A stretch of DNA of 64,000 bases from positions 1,678,893-1,742,892 of the forward strand of contig OY776562.1 of the NCBI GenBank assembly GCA_963675785.1, read 5' to 3'. Shown piece after piece: positions 1 to 9,281 of the stretch; position 1 is the first letter of the stretch, and every line of letters starts with the position of its first letter. Both the position numbers and the translations under genes were made by a program. A model generated the notes under the pieces. It worked only from the letters and a program-made list of their open reading frames with translations, was not told the DNA's origin and searched no databases. The stretch is from Anaerolineae bacterium. Lineage in GTDB: Bacteria > Chloroflexota > Anaerolineae > UBA1429.

Positions 1-144
1 GTCGGCCAGGGGCTGGTAGACGGGCGGGCCCACCCGACCCTGGAACAGCGCTACCAGCTTGCGATCCAGCCAGTGCACCAACAACGAGGCCGCCAGCACG
101 TACAGCAGCCCGGGGAACACCAGCACATGGAACAAGGTCGTCAT
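1..144 (-). CDS. NuoH/HycD/MbhM-like membrane subunit of the complex-I-type hydrogenase (N-terminal 48 codons only; gene runs off the window start)
   Basis: Reverse-complement of 1-144 translates in frame as MTTLFHVLVFPGLLYVLAASLLVHWLDRKLVALFQGRVGPPVYQPLAD, matching the conserved NuoH/ND1 N-terminus (R-x-GP...QP-AD). ATG at 144-142 with GGAG about 8 nt upstream; 36-nt gap after the large-subunit stop at 181. Not in the ORF track because it has no stop inside the window. Confidence 0.6.
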   Translation of the reverse strand, partial: MTTLFHVLVFPGLLYVLAASLLVHWLDRKLVALFQGRVGPPVYQPLAD

Positions 145-180
145 CAAGAACTCCTATCAGGGAGATCAGGATCTCCGATC

Positions 181-1263
181 TCAGCGGTCAGCACAAGCGA
201 TACACAAGTCGGCCCCGGCAATCACCGCGGCTACATCGGCGGTCTGCACGCCCGAAAGCAAGTGCGGCAGGCTGGCCAGGGTGGGCAAGGTTGGCGTGCG
301 CACTTTGACCCGCGCTGGCGTATCAGAGCCATCCGAACGCACATAGTAAAACAGCTCGCCGCGCGGCGCCTCTATGCGCGTGGTCACCTCGCCAGCGGGC
401 ACCCGCCGAGGAGCGCGCACTTGCACTTCACCCTCGGGCAGGCCGTCTAATATCTGATGGACGATTTTCAAGCTCTCGTCGATCTCGGCCAGACGCGTAT
501 GCGCCCGGCACCATACATCGCCGCCGGTGCCGGTAATCACTTGGAAATCCATTTCCTCATAGGCCAGGTAAGGCTGTTGTTTGCGGATATCCAGCGTGCA
601 GCCCGAAGCGCGCGCCGTGGGGCCTACCAGGCCAAGTCGGTGCACCAGATCGCCGCCCATCACCCCCAGTCGGCGGGTTCGGGCCTGAAAATTGCGGTCG
701 TGCAGCACCATATCGCGAAACAGCTTGAGCTGCTCCTCAAACTCGGCCAAGTTGGTTTGTACATAGCGCTCGTGGTCGGGTGTCAGATCGATGCGCACCC
801 CGCCGATGGAGGTAGCCGAATGGGACACGCGTCCGCCGGAGAGATCCTCCATCAGGTCGAGGATGATCTCGCGGTCGCGCCAGGCGTACATGAAAATAGT
901 GGTAAAGCCAATGGCCTCGGAAAGCACGCCCAACCAGAGCAGGTGGCTGTGGATGCGCTCTAATTCGCAAAGCAACATGCGAATGTATTGGGCACGGCGC
1001 GGCACCTCGATACCGGCCAGCTTTTCCACCGAGAGGCAAAAGGTGGTGGTGTGGGCTTGCGAACAAATACCGCAAACACGCTCGACCAGGTGCACATTCT
1101 GAATATAAGTGCGCTGCTGGGCCAGCTTTTCGATGCCGCGATGCACATAGCCGATGCGCAGATCGGCGCCCAACACGGTCTCGCCAGATACGCTCAGGTT
1201 GATGGAAAGGGGTTCTTTGAGCAAGGGATGTTGCGGCCCGATGGGGATACGAGTCGGCGTCAT
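181..1263 (-). CDS. Group 4 (energy-converting, membrane-bound) [NiFe]-hydrogenase large subunit, NuoD/HycE/EchE/MbhL family
   Basis: N-terminal L1 motif RVCGICSQAH (RxCGxCxxxH) and C-terminal DLCIACADR (DxCxxCxxR): both NiFe-ligating CxxC pairs are present, unlike NuoD. The rest resembles NuoD. Confidence 0.85.
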   Translation of the reverse strand: MTPTRIPIGPQHPLLKEPLSINLSVSGETVLGADLRIGYVHRGIEKLAQQRTYIQNVHLVERVCGICSQAHTTTFCLSVEKLAGIEVPRRAQYIRMLLCELERIHSHLLWLGVLSEAIGFTTIFMYAWRDREIILDLMEDLSGGRVSHSATSIGGVRIDLTPDHERYVQTNLAEFEEQLKLFRDMVLHDRNFQARTRRLGVMGGDLVHRLGLVGPTARASGCTLDIRKQQPYLAYEEMDFQVITGTGGDVWCRAHTRLAEIDESLKIVHQILDGLPEGEVQVRAPRRVPAGEVTTRIEAPRGELFYYVRSDGSDTPARVKVRTPTLPTLASLPHLLSGVQTADVAAVIAGADLCIACADR

Positions 1264-1697
1264 GCGTTCTCCTCCTCATTCAACAAAGGCGGTGGTCCCT
1301 GCCAGTCGTCGGGCAACAGCAGCGGCTTGATCTCCCCCCGGCCCTCGATGGTGACGCCCAGCATCTCGTGCACCTCGCGCTCGTACCAGTTGGCTACCAG
1401 CATAATCGGGGTCAGGCTGGGTACGCTCAGATCATCCATCGGCAGCAACAGGCGCAGGGTAATGCCACAGCCGCCGTAAAAGTGGTACATCAGTGAGACG
1501 CCCTGGGGCAGGCGTTGGCCAGTGATGGTGGTCAAGTGGTGCACATCTGCCGCCACCAGGGCTCGCGCCGCCTCGATCAGATTCTCACGGGGCAGGTCAT
1601 AGCAAATCTCGTTCTGGGGGCCCTCACCGCGTTGGGCACCGCATTCAACAAGCGCAGTGTCGATGGCGGCGAGATCAGCAGAAAGCAGATCATCCAT
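1260..1697 (-). CDS. NuoC-like / hydrogenase 30-kDa subunit (HycE N-domain, EchD/MbhK-like)
   Basis: 145 aa, NuoC-family sequence (…ANWYEREVHEMLGVTIEG…). 4-nt overlap with the downstream large-subunit gene. Confidence 0.75.
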   Translation of the reverse strand: MDDLLSADLAAIDTALVECGAQRGEGPQNEICYDLPRENLIEAARALVAADVHHLTTITGQRLPQGVSLMYHFYGGCGITLRLLLPMDDLSVPSLTPIMLVANWYEREVHEMLGVTIEGRGEIKPLLLPDDWQGPPPLLNEEENA

Positions 1698-2116
1698 CAG
1701 ATACCCTCCAACAGTTGGGAAATGGCCTCGATGACGGCCTCGGGGCGTGGCGGGCAGCCGGGAACATACAAGGCCACCGGCACCACCTGATCGATACCGC
1801 CCAGCACGTTATAGCTGGCCTGCACAATGCCACCCGAACAGGCGCAAGCGCCAATGGCCACCACCCAACGCGGCTCGGCCATCTGCTCGTAAATGCGCCG
1901 TAGCGGGCGCGCTGACTGGCGCGTCACCGGCCCGGTGGTCAGCAGAATGTCGGCGTGACGCGGCGAGGCCTCTTTGAGGATTCCCAGCCGCTCAATGTCA
2001 TAGCGGGGCGTCAGCAAGTCGAGAATCTCGATATCGCAGCCGTTACAGCCGCCGGTGTTGTAATGCAGCACCCAGGGCGATTTACGCCGCGCCCAGCGCA
2101 CCACGCGGTCGATCAT
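1697..2116 (-). CDS. NuoB-like hydrogenase small subunit (4Fe-4S), MbhJ/EchC/HycG family
   Basis: Cys ligands GCNGCD, GACACSGG, PGCPP. The ORF track extends to 2152, but an internal ATG at 2116 (MIDRVVRW…) gives an ATGA overlap with the upstream gene's stop; either start is possible. Confidence 0.8.
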   Translation of the reverse strand: MIDRVVRWARRKSPWVLHYNTGGCNGCDIEILDLLTPRYDIERLGILKEASPRHADILLTTGPVTRQSARPLRRIYEQMAEPRWVVAIGACACSGGIVQASYNVLGGIDQVVPVALYVPGCPPRPEAVIEAISQLLEGI

Positions 2117-2451
2117 GATTCCTCTCCCTCGTGGGTTAGTACGTCCACGCAAAGCCCGGTGCCCAGCAAAAAGGCCGCTGCCAGCACCCAGGCGTTGCCC
2201 TCCAGGGGCAGCATAGCTACCACCAGTGCGGCCATGTGTACCACCACAAACATCAAACCCAGCCTGAAATAACGTTGGTAAGAGAGCTCCATCTCCTCAG
2301 GCACTAACTCTTGCCCCCCGGCGTAAGGCTCTATCTTGCCAGGTTCATCATCTCGACCGCGAGGGGCGATCCTGCCGGACCAGCGATAGAGGCCATAGGC
2401 CAACAATCCGAAAAGGGCCAGCGCCAGTGGGGGGCTTGTCAACCAATCCAT
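2113..2451 (-). CDS. NuoA-like small membrane subunit
   Basis: 112 aa, hydrophobic, with a conserved-looking PYAGGQE loop (compare NuoA YECG). Sits directly before NuoB as in nuoAB. Confidence 0.5.
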   Translation of the reverse strand: MDWLTSPPLALALFGLLAYGLYRWSGRIAPRGRDDEPGKIEPYAGGQELVPEEMELSYQRYFRLGLMFVVVHMAALVVAMLPLEGNAWVLAAAFLLGTGLCVDVLTHEGEES

Positions 2452-2452
2452 G

Positions 2453-3895
2453 TCAACCTCCCAAGGCCAACAAGGAGGCAGCTGCTTTCGTAGCAGCTAC
2501 CATCACCGGGGTGGGCCAGACGCCCATCCCCAAGGCCATAACCGCCATTAGCACCATGGGCACCAGCATCCAGGCGGAAACAGGAGCATGCGGCCCCTCA
2601 ATGCGCTTGTGGGTGAGCAGTCGACCCACCAGGGGCACGTAATAGCCCAAGCTAAGCAGGCTGTTGAGCACAAAAAGCACCACCACCGTGCCACTCAGCC
2701 AATCCCACTGGCGCAGACCGCCCTGCAAGAACAGCCACTTGCTGATAAAGCCGTTGAGTGGTGGCACACCGGCCAGCCCCAGCAATGCCACAGTGAACAC
2801 TACCGTCGTGGCCGGTGCGCGGTCCATCAACCCGTCCAGATCAGAGAGCATGGTGCTATCCATGTAATAGTGACAAACGCCTTTGCTGAGAAAAGCCAGC
2901 CCCTTGAGCAGCGCGTGGGCGGCAATGAGGTAAAAAGCCGCGGCCAGCATCTCCACATGCCCGCTGACCAAACCCAACCCCAGGGCCGCGGCCACATAGC
3001 CGGTCTGGGCAATGGAGGAATAGGCCAACATCCGCTTGCCGTAGGTTTGCACCAGGGCCATGCTGTTGCCCACCGTCATGTTGAGCACGCCCTCGACCAC
3101 CAGCGCCCAACCCAAAATTCGCGGCTCAATGCCCAAGCCCAGCCCTACGCGCACCAACACCAGCAGATTGACCTGGATGAGCACACCAGAAAGTAGCGCG
3201 CTGATGCTGGATGGCGCTCGTCCATGAGCATCGGGTAACCAGGTGTGCGCTGGCACCAAGGCTGCCTTGACGGCGTAGCCGAGCATCATCAGCACGGCGC
3301 CAAACAGGCCCCAGGTGCCCATGGCAGCAGCACCACTAGTCAAAGCCAGGCTCCCCGACTGGCGATAGACATAGCCCAGGCCAAAGAGGATGAGCATGGC
3401 TGCAGATGAGCCCATGATGGCGTACTTGAAACCAGCCTCCACGGCGGTATCCGTGGTGCGGCGAAAGGCCACCAGCACATAAGAGCAGGCGCTGGCCAGA
3501 ATGGTAGCCAGATAGAGCGTGAAGAGATCGACGGCGCAGAGCATGGCCAGCAGACCAGCGCACATCAGCAGCACCAGTGAATAGTAATAACGATAGCGCT
3601 TATCCTCCGACATATAGCGCCCCGAGTAGACGGAGATTAGCAGACCCAGGCCCAACACGATGACGCCCATAAAACGCGATACATCGTCTATAACAAAAGT
3701 GGCCGCCGTACCCTGGCTGGAGGTCCAAGCTAGGCCGTTTGTCCAGCCAAGCAGTAGGCGTCGCAAGGCCACAGCAAACACAGCGGCTGTAAGCAGGGCC
3801 ATCAAGCCATTACTGCTGATGAGGCGGCTGACGACATAGAGCGATACCGCGCCCAGCGCTAGTACGACCAGGGGAGCCAACAGGGGATCAGACAT
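2453..3895 (-). CDS. Antiporter-like membrane subunit (NuoN/NuoM/MrpD family)
   Basis: HTWLPDAHGRAPSSISALLSG motif typical of the MrpD/NuoLMN family. The ORF track start is 3946; an internal ATG at 3895 (MSDPLLAPLVV…) abuts the upstream stop at 3897. Confidence 0.75.
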   Translation of the reverse strand: MSDPLLAPLVVLALGAVSLYVVSRLISSNGLMALLTAAVFAVALRRLLLGWTNGLAWTSSQGTAATFVIDDVSRFMGVIVLGLGLLISVYSGRYMSEDKRYRYYYSLVLLMCAGLLAMLCAVDLFTLYLATILASACSYVLVAFRRTTDTAVEAGFKYAIMGSSAAMLILFGLGYVYRQSGSLALTSGAAAMGTWGLFGAVLMMLGYAVKAALVPAHTWLPDAHGRAPSSISALLSGVLIQVNLLVLVRVGLGLGIEPRILGWALVVEGVLNMTVGNSMALVQTYGKRMLAYSSIAQTGYVAAALGLGLVSGHVEMLAAAFYLIAAHALLKGLAFLSKGVCHYYMDSTMLSDLDGLMDRAPATTVVFTVALLGLAGVPPLNGFISKWLFLQGGLRQWDWLSGTVVVLFVLNSLLSLGYYVPLVGRLLTHKRIEGPHAPVSAWMLVPMVLMAVMALGMGVWPTPVMVAATKAAASLLALGG

Positions 3896-3896
3896 G

Positions 3897-5378
3897 CTAG
3901 GCACCTCCGGGAATGAGCAATCCGGCGGCGGCACTGCCCCAGCCATAGAGCAGGCCGGGAAACAACCCCAGTATGAGCACCAGCAGCACAGCCGCCGCAG
4001 TAGACCAACGCATGGCCGCTGGCACCTGTTGTACGGCCATATCCAGCGGGGCTTGGCCGCTGTTTACGCGCACAACAAGCCATACCGCGTACATGGTCGT
4101 AGCCAGCGGTGCCAACAGTTCCAGCACGGCCAACAAGCTATAGGGCGCAGCAAACCCGGCCAGGATGATTTGCAATTCGCCGTAAAAGGCGGCAAAGGGC
4201 GGTAGCCCGGCAATAGCCATGGCGCCCAGTGCCAACCAAAGGCCAGCCCCGGGCAATACCCGGGCCAGTCCACGAATCCGCTCAATATTGCGCCGCGAGG
4301 TGGCCAGCATGATCCAGCCCACGGCCATAAACAGCGCTGCTTTGATCAAGCCGTGGGTAACCACCTGCATCACGGCGCCGGTCAGGCCGGCCTCACTCAG
4401 CGTACCGATGGCAAAGAGCACATAGCCCATCTGGCTGACGCTGGAATAAGCGACGATGCGTTTGATGTCGTGTGAAGAGATGGCCATCAGGGCGCCGTAT
4501 ATCTGTGACACCAAACCGGCGATCATCAGCGGCACTTGCAAGGGCTGTAATGCCGCCACGCCCAAAATGCCCACGGCAAAACGCATCATGCCATAGGCAC
4601 CCATGCTGAGCATAGCCCCAGCCAACATCACCGTCACCGGCATGGGAGCGATCGAGTGGGCATCGGGCAGCCAGGTGTGCAATGGAAAGACTGCCAACTT
4701 GACGCCAAAGCCCAACACCAACAAACCAGCCAACCAAGTGAGCGTCGTGGCAGGAATTCCTGCCGCCATAGCCTGGCCAGTCATATCGGTGGTACCAGAG
4801 TGAACCGCCATATAAGCCAGCACGCCCAGCACCGTCAGCGAGCCAAGCTGGGTATAGAGCACGTACTTGAACGTAATGCGCCCAACCTGCTCGCCACTGC
4901 CCCACCACAAGAGCAATAAGCTGGAGGCTACCAGCATGAGTTCCCAAAAGAGGAAAAAGACCAGCGCATCGTGGGCCAACACGGTGCCCACCATACTGCC
5001 GCAAAAGGCAGCCATGAGCGCATAGACGACGTGCCCGCGTGGAAAGCTTTGTAAATAGCCCAGACCGTACAGGCTGGCCAACAGTGTTACGCTCAGCACG
5101 GTGATGGCAAAAGGCCGGGCCAGGGCATCCAGCACCAGGCTAAAGGATGGCCCGTTCTGAATCCAAGGCAGTGAGAAGGAGCTTGCAGGTGCGACAATCA
5201 CTAAAACGAGGGTAGCTCCCACAGCGGTACAGGTCGCCACACCGGCGATGCGCGTCCGCTTGGTCAGCCGCGCGGGCAAGACGAAACTGATCAGGCTTGC
5301 CGCCCAGGGCAGTATCAGAATGAGAGCGAGCATCCAGGGCAAGGTTAGCCTCCTACAATAACGAAAATACAGCAACAA
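3897..5378 (-). CDS. Antiporter-like membrane subunit (NuoM/MrpD family)
   Basis: HTWLPDAHSIAPMPVTVMLAG motif; polytopic, 493 aa. An alternative start at 5333 is possible. Confidence 0.8.
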   Translation of the reverse strand: MLLYFRYCRRLTLPWMLALILILPWAASLISFVLPARLTKRTRIAGVATCTAVGATLVLVIVAPASSFSLPWIQNGPSFSLVLDALARPFAITVLSVTLLASLYGLGYLQSFPRGHVVYALMAAFCGSMVGTVLAHDALVFFLFWELMLVASSLLLLWWGSGEQVGRITFKYVLYTQLGSLTVLGVLAYMAVHSGTTDMTGQAMAAGIPATTLTWLAGLLVLGFGVKLAVFPLHTWLPDAHSIAPMPVTVMLAGAMLSMGAYGMMRFAVGILGVAALQPLQVPLMIAGLVSQIYGALMAISSHDIKRIVAYSSVSQMGYVLFAIGTLSEAGLTGAVMQVVTHGLIKAALFMAVGWIMLATSRRNIERIRGLARVLPGAGLWLALGAMAIAGLPPFAAFYGELQIILAGFAAPYSLLAVLELLAPLATTMYAVWLVVRVNSGQAPLDMAVQQVPAAMRWSTAAAVLLVLILGLFPGLLYGWGSAAAGLLIPGGA

Positions 5379-6666
5379 AAGCCAGCGCTAGTACAATCAG
5401 GCCGGCCATCCAGGCCAGATTGGCCCGCAGCTTGCCCGTGTGCAGGCGGCGCAAACGGCGCCCTACCTCCAATGCTGAACGCTGTACATTGACAAAACCC
5501 TTTTCAAGGACATGCTCATCGATGGCGCTGGCCGCACGCGAGGCGCTCTCGGTCAAATGCCAAACCCAGGCATTGAGTGGCTCTAGCAGCCGCGTCTCGA
5601 CGAATAAGGCCGCAATCGAAAGCCTATCCCATCTTGTGTTCAATGGGGCGTTATCAGCGTATTCGCCCCGAGCCTCGTCCACAACTCTTGGGGCAGACAG
5701 GATCATCAATACCCCTCGCAGCGGCATGAAAGAATAGAGATAGGCATATGGCCAGCCCAGAGGCACAATCACCAGCGCAAGCGCCCCATGTGCTACTTCC
5801 AAATGGTGCAAGCGCAACCTGCTTTCGGCTCGAACAGCGCAAATCAGAGCCCAGATCATGATTCCGGCACCGGCCACAACCAAAGGAGTCGTCAGGTGCA
5901 GTGCCTGAATGCCGCCCTCCAAACGATAGAGCAAATAGGCGCCCAACAGAGGTAGGCCCGCCGTAGCCGCCGACCATCGTTCAGGGCTAGCGATCTCGCC
6001 TGCAACGGCTAACCAGCGATCAAATGGATAGAGGCCCAGCTTGATCCACACTGCCAACAGGCCCATCAGTACTGCCAGCCAGGTGGTACCATCGGCTGCC
6101 TGGGCAGCGGCAGCCAACATGGGGGAGATGAGCAGCGTGTCGTGGGCCTGCCAGAGCACGATGATAGCCCCCAGCAAAGCCAGATCGCCCAAACGCAAAG
6201 TGAGAAAAGAGCCGACTAGATCGCGCCAATTGCCGCGACGTACCGTCATAACCAGCGTGGCCAAAGCAGCCGCCTCCAGAAAGGCATAGCGGTAGAGAAA
6301 ATGGTTGACGTTCAGCGCAGCAAAAGAGGCAGCCAGCAAGATCGGTGCAGCCAAAGCCTGCCACCAGGCCGACGCAGGTTGATCGGCATCTTGCCAAAGC
6401 AGCAGGGCATAGCCCAGAATGGCCAGCCCGCTCAACTCGGTGCCGCGCTCATCCAGGGCAATCACTCCCGGCTCGATCCAGGGAATCCAGCCCAGATTGA
6501 TCGTTGAAGCATCGCGGTGAACTAGGGCCACCAACGCAGCCAAAGCAACAGCTACCGCCACCATACGCAATAGCCGCGCGCGTTTGGCTGTAACCGGAGC
6601 AGGCAAGGTACGCAGCAGTCCTCCTGCCAAAGCCAGTGCCAGCGTTGCCATGATGAAATAGATCAT
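5353..6666 (-). CDS. Divergent third antiporter-like/polytopic membrane subunit (NuoL/MrpA-superfamily-like, degenerate motif)
   Basis: 437 aa, very hydrophobic, with a degenerate FDRWLAVAGEIASP in place of HTWLPDA. Its position between the MrpC-like and MrpD-like genes fits an antiporter-like subunit. Confidence 0.5.
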   Translation of the reverse strand: MIYFIMATLALALAGGLLRTLPAPVTAKRARLLRMVAVAVALAALVALVHRDASTINLGWIPWIEPGVIALDERGTELSGLAILGYALLLWQDADQPASAWWQALAAPILLAASFAALNVNHFLYRYAFLEAAALATLVMTVRRGNWRDLVGSFLTLRLGDLALLGAIIVLWQAHDTLLISPMLAAAAQAADGTTWLAVLMGLLAVWIKLGLYPFDRWLAVAGEIASPERWSAATAGLPLLGAYLLYRLEGGIQALHLTTPLVVAGAGIMIWALICAVRAESRLRLHHLEVAHGALALVIVPLGWPYAYLYSFMPLRGVLMILSAPRVVDEARGEYADNAPLNTRWDRLSIAALFVETRLLEPLNAWVWHLTESASRAASAIDEHVLEKGFVNVQRSALEVGRRLRRLHTGKLRANLAWMAGLIVLALAFVAVFSLL

Positions 6667-6986
6667 CCGCGTAGCGTCCTGAGGTCATCCACCTCACCAG
6701 AGGGGAAATAGCGCAAAGCGTTGATAGTAAGCGCTAGAACGATGGCCAACACGATGGTCTCGGCCACCAAGGCAGAGACCACCAGACTTTGCACTAACTC
6801 CAAGTCGCCCTGTACGCGGGCGGCATCCACAAAGTTGAGCAGGGCGCCCTGCAACATGATGTTGAGACCGATGACCTGTTTGAGCAGACGACGACAGGTA
6901 AGAAGACAGAGGAAGCCAATCAAGATCAGCGCAGCAGAGAGTAACGGGTTGACGATATCTAGCAGAGGATCGGGTAAAGACTGCAT
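6663..6986 (-). CDS. NuoK/MrpC(MnhC)-like small membrane subunit
   Basis: 107 aa, three predicted TM helices; VIGLNIMLQGALLNF resembles the NuoK/MrpC signature. Confidence 0.65.
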   Translation of the reverse strand: MQSLPDPLLDIVNPLLSAALILIGFLCLLTCRRLLKQVIGLNIMLQGALLNFVDAARVQGDLELVQSLVVSALVAETIVLAIVLALTINALRYFPSGEVDDLRTLRG

Positions 6987-6989
6987 GAT

Positions 6990-7220
6990 CTAACTCTCCT
7001 CGTCACGGCCGGGCAGCAAAGCGCGAATGCCCAAGGCCCCGGCAAACATGAGAGCCAACTGAAACAAGAGATCGGGCTGGCGGGATGTCCAGAGGGTGAA
7101 AAAGGAGGCTTCTTCACTCGAGGATTTTTCTCCCAGTAAAATGTAAAGGCCTGCCCCAAGCACCAGCAAAAGGATCACGCCGGTTCTGCCCAGAAGCAGG
7201 TCAATGAGTTTGGACTTCAT
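6990..7220 (-). CDS. Small hydrophobic Mrp/Mbh-type subunit
   Basis: 76 aa, two hydrophobic segments; in the operon with 3-nt spacing. Confidence 0.4.
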   Translation of the reverse strand: MKSKLIDLLLGRTGVILLLVLGAGLYILLGEKSSSEEASFFTLWTSRQPDLLFQLALMFAGALGIRALLPGRDEES

Positions 7221-7246
7221 CGTCTCCCCACAGTTTTATGGCCGGG

Positions 7247-7528
7247 TTAAACCCCGGGGCTATTGTCACGGGTCTCTTGTTTGCGCCGTTTGCCGATGGA
7301 TTCGGCCAAGCTAAGAGCGATGATAAAAAGCGTGCTCACCAATCCAGCGCCCACAGAAAGCTGAATAGCAGCAGCATAAGGCGCCTGCAGTAGGTAGAAC
7401 ATCAAAGCCAAGCCGCTGCTGGCCACAATGAGAGCCCCAGCTGCTCGGATGAGTTCCCTGGTACGAACGGCTACAATCGCCGCCGTCAGGACAAGTGCTG
7501 CTGCTACCAGATATGCTGTCGTCATCAC
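7247..7528 (-). CDS. Small hydrophobic Mrp/Mbh-type subunit (MnhB/MbhD-E-like)
   Basis: 93 aa, three hydrophobic segments; first gene of the membrane-arm block. Confidence 0.4.
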   Translation of the reverse strand: MMTTAYLVAAALVLTAAIVAVRTRELIRAAGALIVASSGLALMFYLLQAPYAAAIQLSVGAGLVSTLFIIALSLAESIGKRRKQETRDNSPGV

Positions 7529-7674
7529 TCACTCTGTTGTATTGAAGAAAAAACCGCGTCGGTCTGCCATGGCCGGTGCGGTCTATCTTTTATATATCAT
7601 AGCATAGCAGGCGGCAACAGGCAACCAACATGAAAAAAGCGCCCCGCAACAGCGGGGCGCTCAGGAAAACAGGA

Positions 7675-8454
7675 CTATCTACAACAGAGTGTGCCTTCAC
7701 GGGGACAGGCGCCGGTGCATTCCATGCAGCGAATGCATTCCATGCTGCGCTCTACCTCGGTAGATGGGTCAATATCCATGGGACAGATGGCTTCACAACG
7801 CCCGCAAGAGACACAACTGGTCTCATCGGCCTTGATGCGCCAACGAGAGAATAAGTTGGTGACGGAGAGCACCGCCCCCAGAGGACAAGCATAGCGGCAC
7901 CAAAAACGCTCAATAGCGATGGACCAAATCAGGAATACGACGACCACGCCAGCACCCAGGGCACTGCCTACATTCATGGTGAACAAGGTACGGTAGGGAC
8001 AAAAGGCCATGAGGGGCGGCACCACAGCGGTGATGCTGGCATAGATCACCCAGCCCAGCACCAGCCACTTGACCCAGCGCATAGGACGGTCGAGCCAACG
8101 CGGCAGATGAATGGGCAACCAGTGCTTGCGCCCACCGGTAATGCGCCGCAAAAAGCGGCTAATCCAACCCTGTACCGTGCCCAAGGGGCAAAACCAACCA
8201 CAGAACACCCGACCAAAGAGAACCCCAGAGATCAACACTAGCCCCAGCAACACCAAATTGATGATGCTGGTATAGCGTAAAACGGTGCCTGAAGTAAGAA
8301 AAGTTGAGATCAACTCAATGCCACCCATGGCGCAAATGGCGTCAAAGGAAGCAATGAGCCCCAGTGAAAAGGCTATGCCGATGCCGATGGCAATGAGTAA
8401 GCCAATACCCTGCGAGATGCGGCGGTAGATCTGAAGGCGATTCTTGGCCGCCAT
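7675..8454 (-). CDS. NapH/MauN/CcoG-type membrane-bound 4Fe-4S polyferredoxin
   Basis: CGWFCPLG and CRYACPLG motifs in the TM region; C-terminal ferredoxin motifs CVSCGRCEAICP and CIRCMECTGACP. Confidence 0.75.
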   Translation of the reverse strand: MAAKNRLQIYRRISQGIGLLIAIGIGIAFSLGLIASFDAICAMGGIELISTFLTSGTVLRYTSIINLVLLGLVLISGVLFGRVFCGWFCPLGTVQGWISRFLRRITGGRKHWLPIHLPRWLDRPMRWVKWLVLGWVIYASITAVVPPLMAFCPYRTLFTMNVGSALGAGVVVVFLIWSIAIERFWCRYACPLGAVLSVTNLFSRWRIKADETSCVSCGRCEAICPMDIDPSTEVERSMECIRCMECTGACPREGTLCCR

Positions 8455-9281
8455 CAGTGACTGCCCCTGCCGGAGCCACTGGAAGAACTGGAAAGCTGCT
8501 CATAGAGTGCGGGCTCGGAGTAATCACAATAGCCATTGCCGTTGGAATCGACATAGTCATGGCACAAGCCGGGATAAGGATCCCAAACCTGCCCTTTGGG
8601 ACAGGCTACTTGCCCAGTGACGCTGGTATCGACGGTGGAATCGGATGTCACAGCAGGCACGGCGGTTGCCGTCGCTGTTGCGACCGCAGTTGTGGCCGTT
8701 TCCTCGATCAAAGTATCTGATGATTCTTCGGGCTCAGACAGGTCGCAAATGGCGTTGTTGTTCAGATCGCAATAGCGATTGCACTGACCCGGGAAGGGAT
8801 CATTCAATATGCCAAAAGGACAAGCAACCACAACAGCAGCAGTCGCCGTTGCTTCGGCGGTAGCCTCAGCAGTTGCGGATGATTCTGTTGTTGCATCCGG
8901 TGTAGCCGTGGCCATTGAATCAGCCGCAGGTTCGGAATAGTCGCAATAGCCGCTGCCGGTGGTATCCACGTAATTGAGGCACTGGCCGGGGTAGGCATCG
9001 TACTGTAATCCAAAGGGGCAAGTGGAGACGAAACTGGAATCCACAGTTACCGTTGCAACAGCCGCTGCCGCAGCCGTCGTGGCGCTGGATGATTCTATGC
9101 GGTCGCACAATGCGTTGCCATTGGCATCGTAACAGGCAGCACAGGGGCCAGTGCAAATGCCATCAGCCGAAATGGGGCAATCGCTCACGATGTAAAGTCC
9201 ACCCATGGCTCCGGTAGCAACCACGCCTCCGGCAAGCACCAGGAACTGTCGGCGGTCGAGTTTTCGTTTCTTGGGGACCAT
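8454..9281 (-). CDS. Tat-exported Cys-rich repeat protein (four copies of a ~31-aa CP-x-G…PGxC…D-x-N-G-x-G-x-CD-x-SEP module); novel
   Basis: Twin-arginine motif KRKLDRRQFLVLAGG. Modules: CPISADGICTGPCAACYDANGNALCD, CPFGLQYDAYPGQCLNYVDTTGSGYCDYSEP, CPFGILNDPFPGQCNRYCDLNNNAICDLSEP, CPKGQVWDPYPGLCHDYVDSNGNGYCDYSEP, separated by Ala/Thr/Ser linkers. Start chosen at ATG 9281 (MVPKK…), which has AGGAAGGG upstream; the ORF-track start 9314 has no RBS. Confidence 0.65.
   Translation of the reverse strand: MVPKKRKLDRRQFLVLAGGVVATGAMGGLYIVSDCPISADGICTGPCAACYDANGNALCDRIESSSATTAAAAAVATVTVDSSFVSTCPFGLQYDAYPGQCLNYVDTTGSGYCDYSEPAADSMATATPDATTESSATAEATAEATATAAVVVACPFGILNDPFPGQCNRYCDLNNNAICDLSEPEESSDTLIEETATTAVATATATAVPAVTSDSTVDTSVTGQVACPKGQVWDPYPGLCHDYVDSNGNGYCDYSEPALYEQLSSSSSGSGRGSH

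Noticed and set aside
59-450. Plus-strand ORFs 59-346 and 73-450 (95 and 125 aa)
   Set aside because: They lie antisense to or overlap the NuoH-like and hydrogenase large-subunit genes, with Arg/Gln/His-rich low-complexity products. They are spurious ORFs typical of high-GC DNA.
737-1279. 180-aa minus-strand ORF inside the large-subunit gene (other frame), together with 457-963 and 988-1479 on the plus strand
   Set aside because: Alternative-frame ORFs with Arg/Pro/His-rich products fully embedded in a gene with strong family motifs.
4393-5004. 203-aa minus-strand ORF embedded in the antiporter-like gene
   Set aside because: Out-of-frame overlap with a well-supported MrpD-family CDS; Gly/Arg/Trp-rich product.
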